In this document: in pieces, positions 39,644 through 47,858 of the stretch
Numbering within the stretch: position 1 is the first letter of the stretch
Layout: every line of letters begins with the position of its first letter
Assembly (NCBI GenBank): GCA_963746845.1
Contig: CAVVCZ010000001.1
Location: forward strand, 288,001-352,000
DNA from: an uncultured Chloroflexia bacterium
GTDB taxonomy: Bacteria; Chloroflexota; Limnocylindria; Limnocylindrales; CSP1-4
Reading direction: 5' to 3'
Length of the DNA: 64,000 nt
The notes under the pieces: generated by a model
The model's database searches: none
What the model saw: the letters and a program-made list of their open reading frames with translations, nothing else
Told to the model about the DNA's origin: nothing
Position numbers and translations under genes: made by a program

Positions 39644-39710
39644 TGGGATGTCCTCGGATCAGGGCCAACGGGAAGACCGCCTCTATTTCAGGGGCTCGTG
39701 ACGGCCGGAG

Positions 39711-39731
39711 CATCCTCCCATTCGGAGGACA
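39711..39731. promoter_or_regulatory. Palindromic operator, copy 1
   Basis: CATCCTCC-cattc-GGAGGACA in the divergent intergenic region. Confidence 0.65.
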
Positions 39732-39798
39732 CCGTTCAGTCCAGCCGCGGCGGTCGCCGAGCCCAACGTCTTCCGCGAGCCGCGATCCCAGCTCCCGT

Positions 39799-39819
39799 CC
39801 TCCTCCGACGGGGAGGATG
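39799..39819. promoter_or_regulatory. Palindromic operator, copy 2
   Basis: CCTCCTCC-gacgg-GGAGGATG in the same intergenic region. Confidence 0.65.
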
Positions 39820-39915
39820 CGGACGAACGGTGACGTTGCCTACGGTGACAGCGCGCCAAGCGCCGTCGGCCGGAGGGCGATGCTCGCACCGATCGCAAGG
39901 AGCCGAGGTATCGAT

Positions 39916-40548
39916 GTGACCGAACAACACACGACCGAGACACTGTCGGCCATCCACGCCGACGACGCGGTCGCCATCGTGAGCCAGGTGGCGGCGTCCG
40001 AGCCAGGTGGCGAGATCGCGGGCGCGGGGCCGCAGGCCCTCATCGTCGCCCGATTCGCGGACCCGACGCTGGCGCTGAGTACGTATGACGACCTCATCGA
40101 CGCCGAGGTCGCGGGTCTCCTCGAGGTCGACGGCGTCCTCGTCGTCAGGTCGGACGAGGACGGCAAGCTCCACGTCCAGAAGATGACCGATCACAGCACC
40201 CGGACCGGCCTCAAGTGGGGCATCGTCGGCGGCGTCGCAGCAGCGATCTTCCTGCCCGCCACGATCGTCGCCGGCGCAGTTTCGCTCGGAGTCGCCGGTG
40301 CTGCGGCCGGCAAGGCGCGCAACCTCCACCATCGGGTCGGGGTCGAGAAGGAGCTCGCCGACGTGCTCAAACCGGGCACCTCCGGAATCCTCGCGCTGGT
40401 TTCGGCAGTCGATGCGGATGCCGTCGCGCGGAAGATGCCGGAGGCCGAGCAGGTGAAGACGGTCCCGGTCGACGAGGAAACCGCCGGGGCGATCAAGGCC
40501 GCCGCCGCGGCAGCAGCGTCCCACGACGCGCCGGCAACCACAGCCTGA
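39916..40548 (+). CDS. DUF1269 family membrane-associated protein
   Basis: DGVLVVRSDEDGKLHV, glycine-zipper TM region, LKPGTSGILAL; GAGG RBS before GTG 39916. Confidence 0.78.
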   Translation: MTEQHTTETLSAIHADDAVAIVSQVAASEPGGEIAGAGPQALIVARFADPTLALSTYDDLIDAEVAGLLEVDGVLVVRSDEDGKLHVQKMTDHSTRTGLKWGIVGGVAAAIFLPATIVAGAVSLGVAGAAAGKARNLHHRVGVEKELADVLKPGTSGILALVSAVDADAVARKMPEAEQVKTVPVDEETAGAIKAAAAAAASHDAPATTA

Positions 40549-40623
40549 GCGAGCGCGGGGACGTACCCGACGGGCGAGACGACCGGCGCTCGACGCAGGG
40601 AACCAAGGTCGAGGAGAGCAGGC

Positions 40624-41625
40624 ATGCCAGACAAGCACGTGACCGGCCCGATCCAGGTGTTCGTGGTCGGCTTCGACAAGTTCGAGATGACCGGCCGGAT
40701 CATGGCCGAGCTGCGCCGGGTCCGAAGGCGCGGCGTGATCCGTGTCGTGGACGTGATCTTCGTCCAGAAGGACAAGCGCGGTGACATCGAGAACTCGATG
40801 CACCTGACCGACCTCTCGGAGACCGAGCGGATGCGCCTCGGCTCGATCGCCGGCGGGCTCATCGGGCTCCACGCCGGTGGCGTCGAAGGCATGGCCGAGG
40901 GGGCCGAGCTCGGTGCCCTCGCTGTCGCCGAGCGCGACGCAGGACTCTCGGTGGATCGCATGCGGGAGCTCGCCGCGTCGATCCCTTCGGGCGGCGCGGC
41001 GGCGATCCTCGTCATCGAGCACCACTGGGCGGCGAGCTTGCGCGACGCGATCGTCGACGCGGGCGGTCGAACCCTCATGCAGGCGATGATCGCGCCCGAC
41101 GCGCTCGCGATCGTCGGAGACGAGCTGCGCGTGAAGATGGAGGCCGAGGACGCCATCGAGGCAGCCGAGGCAGTCAAGCTCGCCGCCGCCATCGAGGTCG
41201 CCCAGACGCTGGTCGAGGCAGAGCTCATCGAGGAGGCCGCCATCGCCGAGGCCGCGGAGGTCGTCGCCACGGCGCTCGCGGTCGAGGACGCCGCCGCCGA
41301 GGACGTGGTCGACACGCTCTTCGCGGCCGAGCTCATCGAGGAGGCGGCCAAGGAAGAGGCGGAGGATGTCGTCCGCATGTCGCTCGACGTCGAGGAGGCC
41401 GCGACGGAGGAGGCCGAGGAGGCCGTGGCCGAGTCTGACGAGGTCGTGGCGGCGGCGGCGCTTCGGGCTGTTCGCGCGCTCATTGCGGCGGACCTCTTTG
41501 GGCGCGAGGCGGCTCAGGAGGCGGTCGACGCCCTCGTCGCGGCCGAGATGATCGAGCAGGAAGCGGCGGACGAGGCCCTCGCGTCGGTTCTCGCCGGTGA
41601 GGAGGTGGCGGCCGGCGTGAGTTGA
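40624..41625 (+). CDS. DUF6325/DUF1269-like protein with a long Ala/Glu-rich acidic tail
   Basis: GPIQVFVVGF, GVIRVVDVIFVQKD, AAAILVIEHHWA..LRDAIVDAGG. Confidence 0.75.
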   Translation: MPDKHVTGPIQVFVVGFDKFEMTGRIMAELRRVRRRGVIRVVDVIFVQKDKRGDIENSMHLTDLSETERMRLGSIAGGLIGLHAGGVEGMAEGAELGALAVAERDAGLSVDRMRELAASIPSGGAAAILVIEHHWAASLRDAIVDAGGRTLMQAMIAPDALAIVGDELRVKMEAEDAIEAAEAVKLAAAIEVAQTLVEAELIEEAAIAEAAEVVATALAVEDAAAEDVVDTLFAAELIEEAAKEEAEDVVRMSLDVEEAATEEAEEAVAESDEVVAAAALRAVRALIAADLFGREAAQEAVDALVAAEMIEQEAADEALASVLAGEEVAAGVS

Positions 41626-41682
41626 GGAGACTGCAACCAGACGCTCGTGGTTCGAGCATCATCCGACGAAGGAGACCCTCAA

Positions 41683-42306
41683 ATGAGCGACGAGACGAAG
41701 AACGCGGCGGCAGCGCCGGATCAGCCGGTCGACGCGGCTGTTGCCACCCTCAGCGACGACCGCGGTGTCGAAGCCGCGGCCGGGATCGCCGTCCAGGGCG
41801 ACCAGGCGCTCATCGTGGCGCAGTTCGCCGACATGGACTCCGCCAAGAACGCCTACTACGCGCTGATCGACGCCGAGGTCAAGCGGGCCATCGACATCGA
41901 CGGCGTCCTGGTCGCCAATGCCGACTACCAGGGCAAGATCCACATCCAGAAGATGACCGATCACAAGACGCGGAGTGGCTTCCTGTGGGGCGCCGTGGGC
42001 GGTGCGGCCATCGGGCTGATCTTCCCGCCCACGATCCTTGCCGGCGCCGTGGGCGTCGGCGTCGCGGGGGCGGCGGTCGGCAAGGCGCGCAATGTGCTCA
42101 TGAAGAGCGAAGTGGCCGACGAGCTCGCAGGCGTCATTACATCCGGCACGTCGGGCATCGTGGCGCTGGTGTCCATCACCGCGGTCGATGCGGTGGAAGC
42201 GACGATCCCCGACGCCAAGGTGGTCAAGTCCGCTCCGGTCAGCGACGAGGCCGCCGCCGCGGTCAAGCAGGCGGCCAAGGCCGGGGGCGATCAGACCGCC
42301 GGCTGA
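41683..42306 (+). CDS. DUF1269 family protein, paralog of 39916..40548
   Basis: Shared QALIVA.FAD, LIDAEV, DGVLV, QKMTDH.TR.G..WG, GKARN, GTSGI; AAGGAG RBS. Confidence 0.8.
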   Translation: MSDETKNAAAAPDQPVDAAVATLSDDRGVEAAAGIAVQGDQALIVAQFADMDSAKNAYYALIDAEVKRAIDIDGVLVANADYQGKIHIQKMTDHKTRSGFLWGAVGGAAIGLIFPPTILAGAVGVGVAGAAVGKARNVLMKSEVADELAGVITSGTSGIVALVSITAVDAVEATIPDAKVVKSAPVSDEAAAAVKQAAKAGGDQTAG

Positions 42307-42476
42307 AGCGTCCGCTGAAGCTGCCGGACGGAAGCCCGTTCGCACGCTGAGCTAGGGATCGAGGCGACCCGGGGTCGTGCCGAGCGACCCGGGCCGCCCG
42401 CGATCCATGACGCACCCGGGGTGCCCCAGATGGACCGATCTGACCTCGGTCAGACACATGATGGAGCTGCTACCAG

Positions 42477-42842
42477 ATGAACAGCCTTGGTGATTTCCTC
42501 CTCTGGACGATTGAGGTGTTTTTCCTCTTCCTCGCGATCTGGGTCTTCATCGCGATCTTCTCGGACATCTTCCGACGGACCGACATCCACGGCGGCGCGA
42601 AGGCCGGCTGGATCCTGTTGATCTTCGTCCTGCCGTTCATCGGCTGCCTGATCTACATCATCGCCCGTCCGAAGGTCACGCCCGGGGACGTCCAGATGAT
42701 GGTCCAGGCTGAGGCCGCCCAGAAGGCGGTCGCCGGCGTGTCGACGGCGGACGAGCTGGCCAAGCTGCAGCAGCTCAAGGATGCCGGAACGATCACCCCG
42801 GCGGAGTACGACTCGCTGAAGGCGAAGACGATCGCGAGCTGA
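42477..42842 (+). CDS. PLDc_N plus SHOCT domain membrane protein
   Basis: DIFRRTD..GGAKAGWILLIFVLPFIG.LIYIIARP; ADELAKLQQLKDAGTITPAEYDSLKAK. Confidence 0.88.
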   Translation: MNSLGDFLLWTIEVFFLFLAIWVFIAIFSDIFRRTDIHGGAKAGWILLIFVLPFIGCLIYIIARPKVTPGDVQMMVQAEAAQKAVAGVSTADELAKLQQLKDAGTITPAEYDSLKAKTIAS

Positions 42843-42972
42843 GCCGAGCCGCCGGTCGCGGAACGACGGTCTCCGCCGCTGCGGCGAGTGGACCGCCCCC
42901 TCGTCGTTCCGCTAGGCTGCGGTCATCGACGAAGGACTCGGTCGAAGAACCGGGCCGCCAGCCCTGAAGCCC

Positions 42973-45309
42973 ATGCCCACCCCAACGTCCACCCTCGACA
43001 GGGGATCGACCCCACAGAGAGAGTTCGCGCGAGAGGCGCGCGCTCCTGCTCCGGCGGAACCTCTCCTCGAGGCCAGGCTCGTCATGCCGCGGCGCCACCT
43101 CGGGACGCTTCGTCGGACGAGGCTGCTGCGGCAGCTCCGGTCGGCCCGGGATCGACCCGTCATCTCGATCGCCGCGCCTCCCGGCTACGGCAAGTCGAGC
43201 CTCCTGGTCCAGTGGGCCACGGAAGACACCCGGCCCGTCGCCTGGCTGACGGCCGACGACAGTGACAGCGACCCGGTAGTGCTCCTCGCCGACCTCGCGG
43301 CGGCGATCGACCGCCACGTGCCGCTCGGTCCAGAGCTCTTCAGCGCGATCGCGTCGGACACGGTCTCGTATCGGACCGTGGTGGGCCGATTGCTCGCGGC
43401 GATGTCGCAACCCCCTGAGTCCATCCGGATTGCCATCGACGACGGGCACCGGATCACTTCGAGAGCGTGCCTGGACATCCTGGCCGAGCTGGCCGAGCAC
43501 GTCCCCGAGGGTTCGCAGGTGGCCATCGCGGGACGCGCACGGATGCGCCTTCCGTTCGCCCGCTGGCGCGCCGGGGGCTCACTGCTCGAGCTCGGTCCCG
43601 CGGAGCTGGCGATGGACGAGCGTGAGGCCGTCGGGCTGGCACGGGAGCTCGGCCTGCGGCTAGCGGCCGAAACGACGACGCGCCTGACACGAGAGACCGA
43701 AGGGTGGCCGGCTCTCCTGGCGCTCGCGATGCTCGGAGCCAGGACGACCCGGGAAGGATCTGATCGGATCAACGCCCCCACCGATCTCCTCGTCGCCGGC
43801 TATCTGCGGTCCGAAGTGCTTGAGCGCCGATCGGCGCCCGAGATCGCCTTCCTGACCCGCACGTCGATCCTCGAGCATCTCACCGGACCGCTGTGCGATG
43901 CGGTGACGGATCGACAGGAATCGACCGATGTCCTACGAACACTTGCAAGGTCGACCCTGCTGATGGACGAGTACGGCGGTTCGTATCGCTATCACACCCT
44001 GCTCCGGGACTTCCTGCGTGACGAGCTGACGACGCGCGAGCCTGCGCGGGTGACCATCCTCCACCAGCGAGCCGCCACGTGGTACCAGGCAAACCACGCG
44101 ATCGAGCCCGCAGTTGAACACGCATTCGCCGCGAACGATCTCGACCTCGCCGCCTCGCTCGTTGGCAACGGCTGGCACCTCTATCACTGGTCCGGCCGAC
44201 GAGCGACGATCCGGGCATGGGCGAGGCGGTTCGGTGCCGCCGCTCTCGCGGCACACCCATGGCTCGCCGTGCTTGCCGCCTGGGAGGAGATCGCCGCGGG
44301 GGATGTCGCCGCGGCGGTTCGCTTCGCGGATGTCGCCGAACGTGGGTCGTTCAACGGCTTGCCCCCCGACCGCACCGCCTCCTTTGAAGCCGGGCTCGCG
44401 ATGCTCCGAGCCGGCATGGCCCGCAATGGCGCCGACGACGCGCTGGCGAATGCCGCGCGAGCGGTCGAGCTTGAAGGGGACCTTGGCTCCTGGCGGGACT
44501 TCGCGCTGTGGCAGCTGGCCTTTGCGCGCCTCACGTTGGGCGATCTGGCCGGCGCAGATGCGGCCCTGGCCGCCGCGGCCGCGGCGGCCCGATCGTCGGG
44601 CGACGTCGTCGTCCGGTACTGCGTGCTCGGGCACCGCGCACTCGTGGCCGTCGAACAGGGCGCCTGGGATGCGGCCGCCGCGTTCATCGAGGAGAGCGAC
44701 GCGATCGACCCGGCACTCCAGATCGACGGATACCTCTCGACGATCCCGTCTCGCGCGGTGCGCATCAGGCTGATGATCCACCGCGGAGAAATCGCCGCGG
44801 CGCGTCGCGAGCTCGTTCGCGCGACGGGGCTGCGACCACTCCTGACGGCAGCCGTGCCTGGAGGCGCCGTCCAGCTCCTCGTCGCGCTCGCTCGCGCGCA
44901 CCTGGCGGTCGACGACCCGGCCGGCGCGCGTGCCCTCGTCGCGCAGGCGAGCGACGTGATCCACGATCGACCCGACCTTGGCGTGCTGCCGGCCGAGGTC
45001 GACGCACTCCGGGCGACTGTCGCCGCCCTGGAGCCCAAGCGCGCCTGGGGTGCCACGAGCCTCACGGTCGCAGAGCTCCGCGTCCTCGCGCTCCTGCCCT
45101 ACTACCTGTCCTTCAAGGAGATCGGGCAGCGACTCGGTGTCAAGGAGACGACGATCAAGTCGCAGGCGCTCGCGATCTACCGCAAGCTGGGCACGGCGAC
45201 CCGCAGCGACGCCGTGGATCTGGCCGTCGAGGCTGGATTACTCGAACGGTTCCTCCCGGTCGTCGCGGCCCCGCCATCGAGCGAGGTCACGGTTCGACGA
45301 GATCCTTGA
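42973..45309 (+). CDS. MalT-like LuxR family ATP-dependent transcriptional regulator
   Basis: APPGYGKSSLL, IDDGH, TEGWPA, YRYHTLLRDFL, C-terminal LTVAELRVL..SFKEIG...TIKSQALAIYRKLG HTH. Confidence 0.9.
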   Translation: MPTPTSTLDRGSTPQREFAREARAPAPAEPLLEARLVMPRRHLGTLRRTRLLRQLRSARDRPVISIAAPPGYGKSSLLVQWATEDTRPVAWLTADDSDSDPVVLLADLAAAIDRHVPLGPELFSAIASDTVSYRTVVGRLLAAMSQPPESIRIAIDDGHRITSRACLDILAELAEHVPEGSQVAIAGRARMRLPFARWRAGGSLLELGPAELAMDEREAVGLARELGLRLAAETTTRLTRETEGWPALLALAMLGARTTREGSDRINAPTDLLVAGYLRSEVLERRSAPEIAFLTRTSILEHLTGPLCDAVTDRQESTDVLRTLARSTLLMDEYGGSYRYHTLLRDFLRDELTTREPARVTILHQRAATWYQANHAIEPAVEHAFAANDLDLAASLVGNGWHLYHWSGRRATIRAWARRFGAAALAAHPWLAVLAAWEEIAAGDVAAAVRFADVAERGSFNGLPPDRTASFEAGLAMLRAGMARNGADDALANAARAVELEGDLGSWRDFALWQLAFARLTLGDLAGADAALAAAAAAARSSGDVVVRYCVLGHRALVAVEQGAWDAAAAFIEESDAIDPALQIDGYLSTIPSRAVRIRLMIHRGEIAAARRELVRATGLRPLLTAAVPGGAVQLLVALARAHLAVDDPAGARALVAQASDVIHDRPDLGVLPAEVDALRATVAALEPKRAWGATSLTVAELRVLALLPYYLSFKEIGQRLGVKETTIKSQALAIYRKLGTATRSDAVDLAVEAGLLERFLPVVAAPPSSEVTVRRDP

Positions 45310-45322
45310 GGGCGTGGCGGAA

Positions 45323-45343
45323 CATCCTCCGACACGGAGGATG
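45323..45343. promoter_or_regulatory. Palindromic operator, copy 3 (extended perfect inverted repeat; may also act as a terminator)
   Basis: GGAACATCCTCCG-aca-CGGAGGATGTTCC between the regulator and the MFS gene. Confidence 0.65.
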
Positions 45344-45433
45344 TTCCTTGACGATCCATCGGACAGTCTCTTCCGGGTTCCGGAGCCGGGGCCGTACGGT
45401 TCGAGGCAGGTACGCCAGGATGGGGTTGTCCCG

Positions 45434-47068
45434 ATGAAGAACAGGTCTGCCCTGATCGCCCTCGCCGGCGCCCAGTTCGTCATGGTCCTCGACCAGACCG
45501 TCATGGGGGTCTCGATCAGTCAGCTGGTCGCCGACTTCGACACGACCGTTACGACCATCCAGGCAATCATCACCCTCTACTGCCTCGTGATGGCCATGTT
45601 GATGCTCGCGGGCGGCAAGATCGGCGACATCATCGGGCGCCGCCGGGCCTTCCGCGTCGGCCTCGTCATCTACGGTTGCGGCTCCGCCTTGACGGCGCTC
45701 GCCCCAACGGTCGTGATCCTCACCCTTGGCTGGTCGATCCTCGAGGGCATCGGCGCCTCGCTCGTGCTGCCCGCGATGGTCGCGCTGATCGCCGGCAACT
45801 TCGAGGGCAGGGACCGCAAGGTGGCCTACGCGGTCATCGGCGGCGTCGCCGGCGCCGGCATCGCCGTCGGTCCGATCCTCGGCGGGTGGGCTACCACGGT
45901 CCTCACCTGGCGGGTCGTCTTCGCCGGGGAGGTTCTCCTCGTGCTCGGGATCTTCGCGATGACCCGGTTCGTCGGTGACGCGCTCCGGAGCGGGCCGAAA
46001 CCTCGACTCGACGTCGTGGGCGCCGCACTGTCTGCGACCGGCCTCGGGCTGATCGTTTTTGGGACCCTGCAGTCGAGCGTCTGGGGTCTGATCGAGCCGA
46101 AGGACGCGCCGGTCGAGCCGCTCGGCCTCGCCCCCACCTTCTTCGTGATCGCGGCGGGCGGGGTCCTGCTGTGGGTATTCGTGGCCTGGCAGCGCCACCG
46201 TGAGGCGATCGGGAGCGACCCACTGGTCCACCTCGACCTGCTCAAGATCCGGCCGCTCCGATCCGGCCTTGTCGGTCTCTTCACACAGAACCTTCTCCTG
46301 ATGGGCGTCTTCTTCACCGTTCCTCTGTATCTCCAACTCGTCCTCGGCCTCGACGCGCTCCAGACCGGCCTCAAGATGCTGCCGGTCTCGATCGCGATGT
46401 TCGCGGCGTCCGCCGCGGGGTCTCGCCTGTCGACCCGATACTCCGTGCGCACGATCACCAGGACGGGGCTCGTCCTCTCCGGGATCGCGTGCGCAATGCT
46501 GCTCGCGACGATCAAGCCCGACCTGGCCGACCTCGCGTTCGCGACGGCCATGGGGGTGCTCGGTGCCGGGATGGGCCTGATGGCTTCGCAACTCGGCCTC
46601 GTCGTGCAGTCGTCGGTCGACGCCTCCGGTCGCGGTGAGGCCGGCGGCCTGCAGTTCACCGGGCAGCAGTTGGGGTCGTCCCTTGGGGTCGCCCTCATCG
46701 GCGCCATCGTCCTGGCGGGCCTGACGACGACGTTCGCATCGACCATCCAGGCCGACCCACGCCTCAGCCAGGAGGTCGCAGGACAGGTGGGGACCGCGGT
46801 CGGCACCGGGATTGACTTCGTCTCGTCCGCGGCGATCGAGACTGCCGCACAGGAGGCCGGGCTCGACGCGGCCACGACCGCCGCGATCGTGGAAGACTAC
46901 GAGCAGGCGCAGCTTCGGTCGCTCAAGGCCGGCTTGCTCGCGGCGGCGCTCCTCGCCCTCGTGTCACTCGCGTTCACCGAAGGCTTGCCGGGAACCGTGC
47001 CGATCACCGCGTCGGTGCCCGGGGACGGCGCAGCGTCCCGCGACGGACCCACATCGGCGACCGCCTAG
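45434..47068 (+). CDS. MFS transporter (DHA2/EmrB-like)
   Basis: QFVMVLDQTVM, GGKIGDIIGRRRAF motif A, VGPILGG..TWRVVF; about 14 TM segments. Confidence 0.9.
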   Translation: MKNRSALIALAGAQFVMVLDQTVMGVSISQLVADFDTTVTTIQAIITLYCLVMAMLMLAGGKIGDIIGRRRAFRVGLVIYGCGSALTALAPTVVILTLGWSILEGIGASLVLPAMVALIAGNFEGRDRKVAYAVIGGVAGAGIAVGPILGGWATTVLTWRVVFAGEVLLVLGIFAMTRFVGDALRSGPKPRLDVVGAALSATGLGLIVFGTLQSSVWGLIEPKDAPVEPLGLAPTFFVIAAGGVLLWVFVAWQRHREAIGSDPLVHLDLLKIRPLRSGLVGLFTQNLLLMGVFFTVPLYLQLVLGLDALQTGLKMLPVSIAMFAASAAGSRLSTRYSVRTITRTGLVLSGIACAMLLATIKPDLADLAFATAMGVLGAGMGLMASQLGLVVQSSVDASGRGEAGGLQFTGQQLGSSLGVALIGAIVLAGLTTTFASTIQADPRLSQEVAGQVGTAVGTGIDFVSSAAIETAAQEAGLDAATTAAIVEDYEQAQLRSLKAGLLAAALLALVSLAFTEGLPGTVPITASVPGDGAASRDGPTSATA

Positions 47069-47085
47069 AAGGGAGCTGAACACCG

Positions 47086-47808
47086 ATGGAGCCCGATCGA
47101 CCCACCGATGAGGAACGGACCGACCCGGCCGCCGGGCGATCGGTGGGCCGCAGCCGCACCTCCCGACCGGCCGATGTCCTGCCGCTTGACCGCTTCAACG
47201 CGTTCACCGATGGCGTCTTCGCGATCGCGATCACGCTGCTGGTCCTCGAGCTCTCGGTTCCGGCCATCGGCGGTCGCCTCCTGCCGGCCCTCGCGGAGCA
47301 GTGGCATGAGTTCCTCGGGTACCTGATCAGCTTCGTGTTCATCGGGGGGATCTGGGTCAGCCATGCCGGGATGACGAAGCTGATGCGACACGCCGACACG
47401 TTGGCCTACGGGATCGACCTGCTGATGCTGCTCTTCGTCGGAGTCCTCCCGTTCTCGACGAATCTGATGGTGACCCACCTGTCCGGTCCGGACGTCGAGC
47501 CCGCGGTCATCATCTACGGCGTCAATGTGCTGCTGGCGTCACTGACACTGAGCCTGCTGATGTTCTACATCGCCAGCGAACGGACGCTCGTCGTGGATGG
47601 CGTAGCCGACGAAACACTGGAAGCAAAGGTCCGTCAACGCTGGGTCCTGATCGCCGTGAATATCGCCGCGATCGCCCTCGCCCTCGTGGCGCCGCTCGCC
47701 GCTGTCGCGGTGTATCTGGCCATGACGTTCCTCGCCCTGGCGCTTCCGCTGATCCATCTTCGTCGACGTCGTCACCAGGACCCCGGAGGTCGGCACCCAG
47801 CGACCTGA
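47086..47808 (+). CDS. TMEM175 family (DUF1211) potassium channel-like protein
   Basis: RFNAFTDGVFAIAITLLVLEL, YLISFVFIGGIWVSH, LPFST. Confidence 0.88.
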   Translation: MEPDRPTDEERTDPAAGRSVGRSRTSRPADVLPLDRFNAFTDGVFAIAITLLVLELSVPAIGGRLLPALAEQWHEFLGYLISFVFIGGIWVSHAGMTKLMRHADTLAYGIDLLMLLFVGVLPFSTNLMVTHLSGPDVEPAVIIYGVNVLLASLTLSLLMFYIASERTLVVDGVADETLEAKVRQRWVLIAVNIAAIALALVAPLAAVAVYLAMTFLALALPLIHLRRRRHQDPGGRHPAT

Positions 47809-47858
47809 CCGTACGAGAAGGACCGCCCGGCACGCGAACACCACCGGGGCGGACGCGT

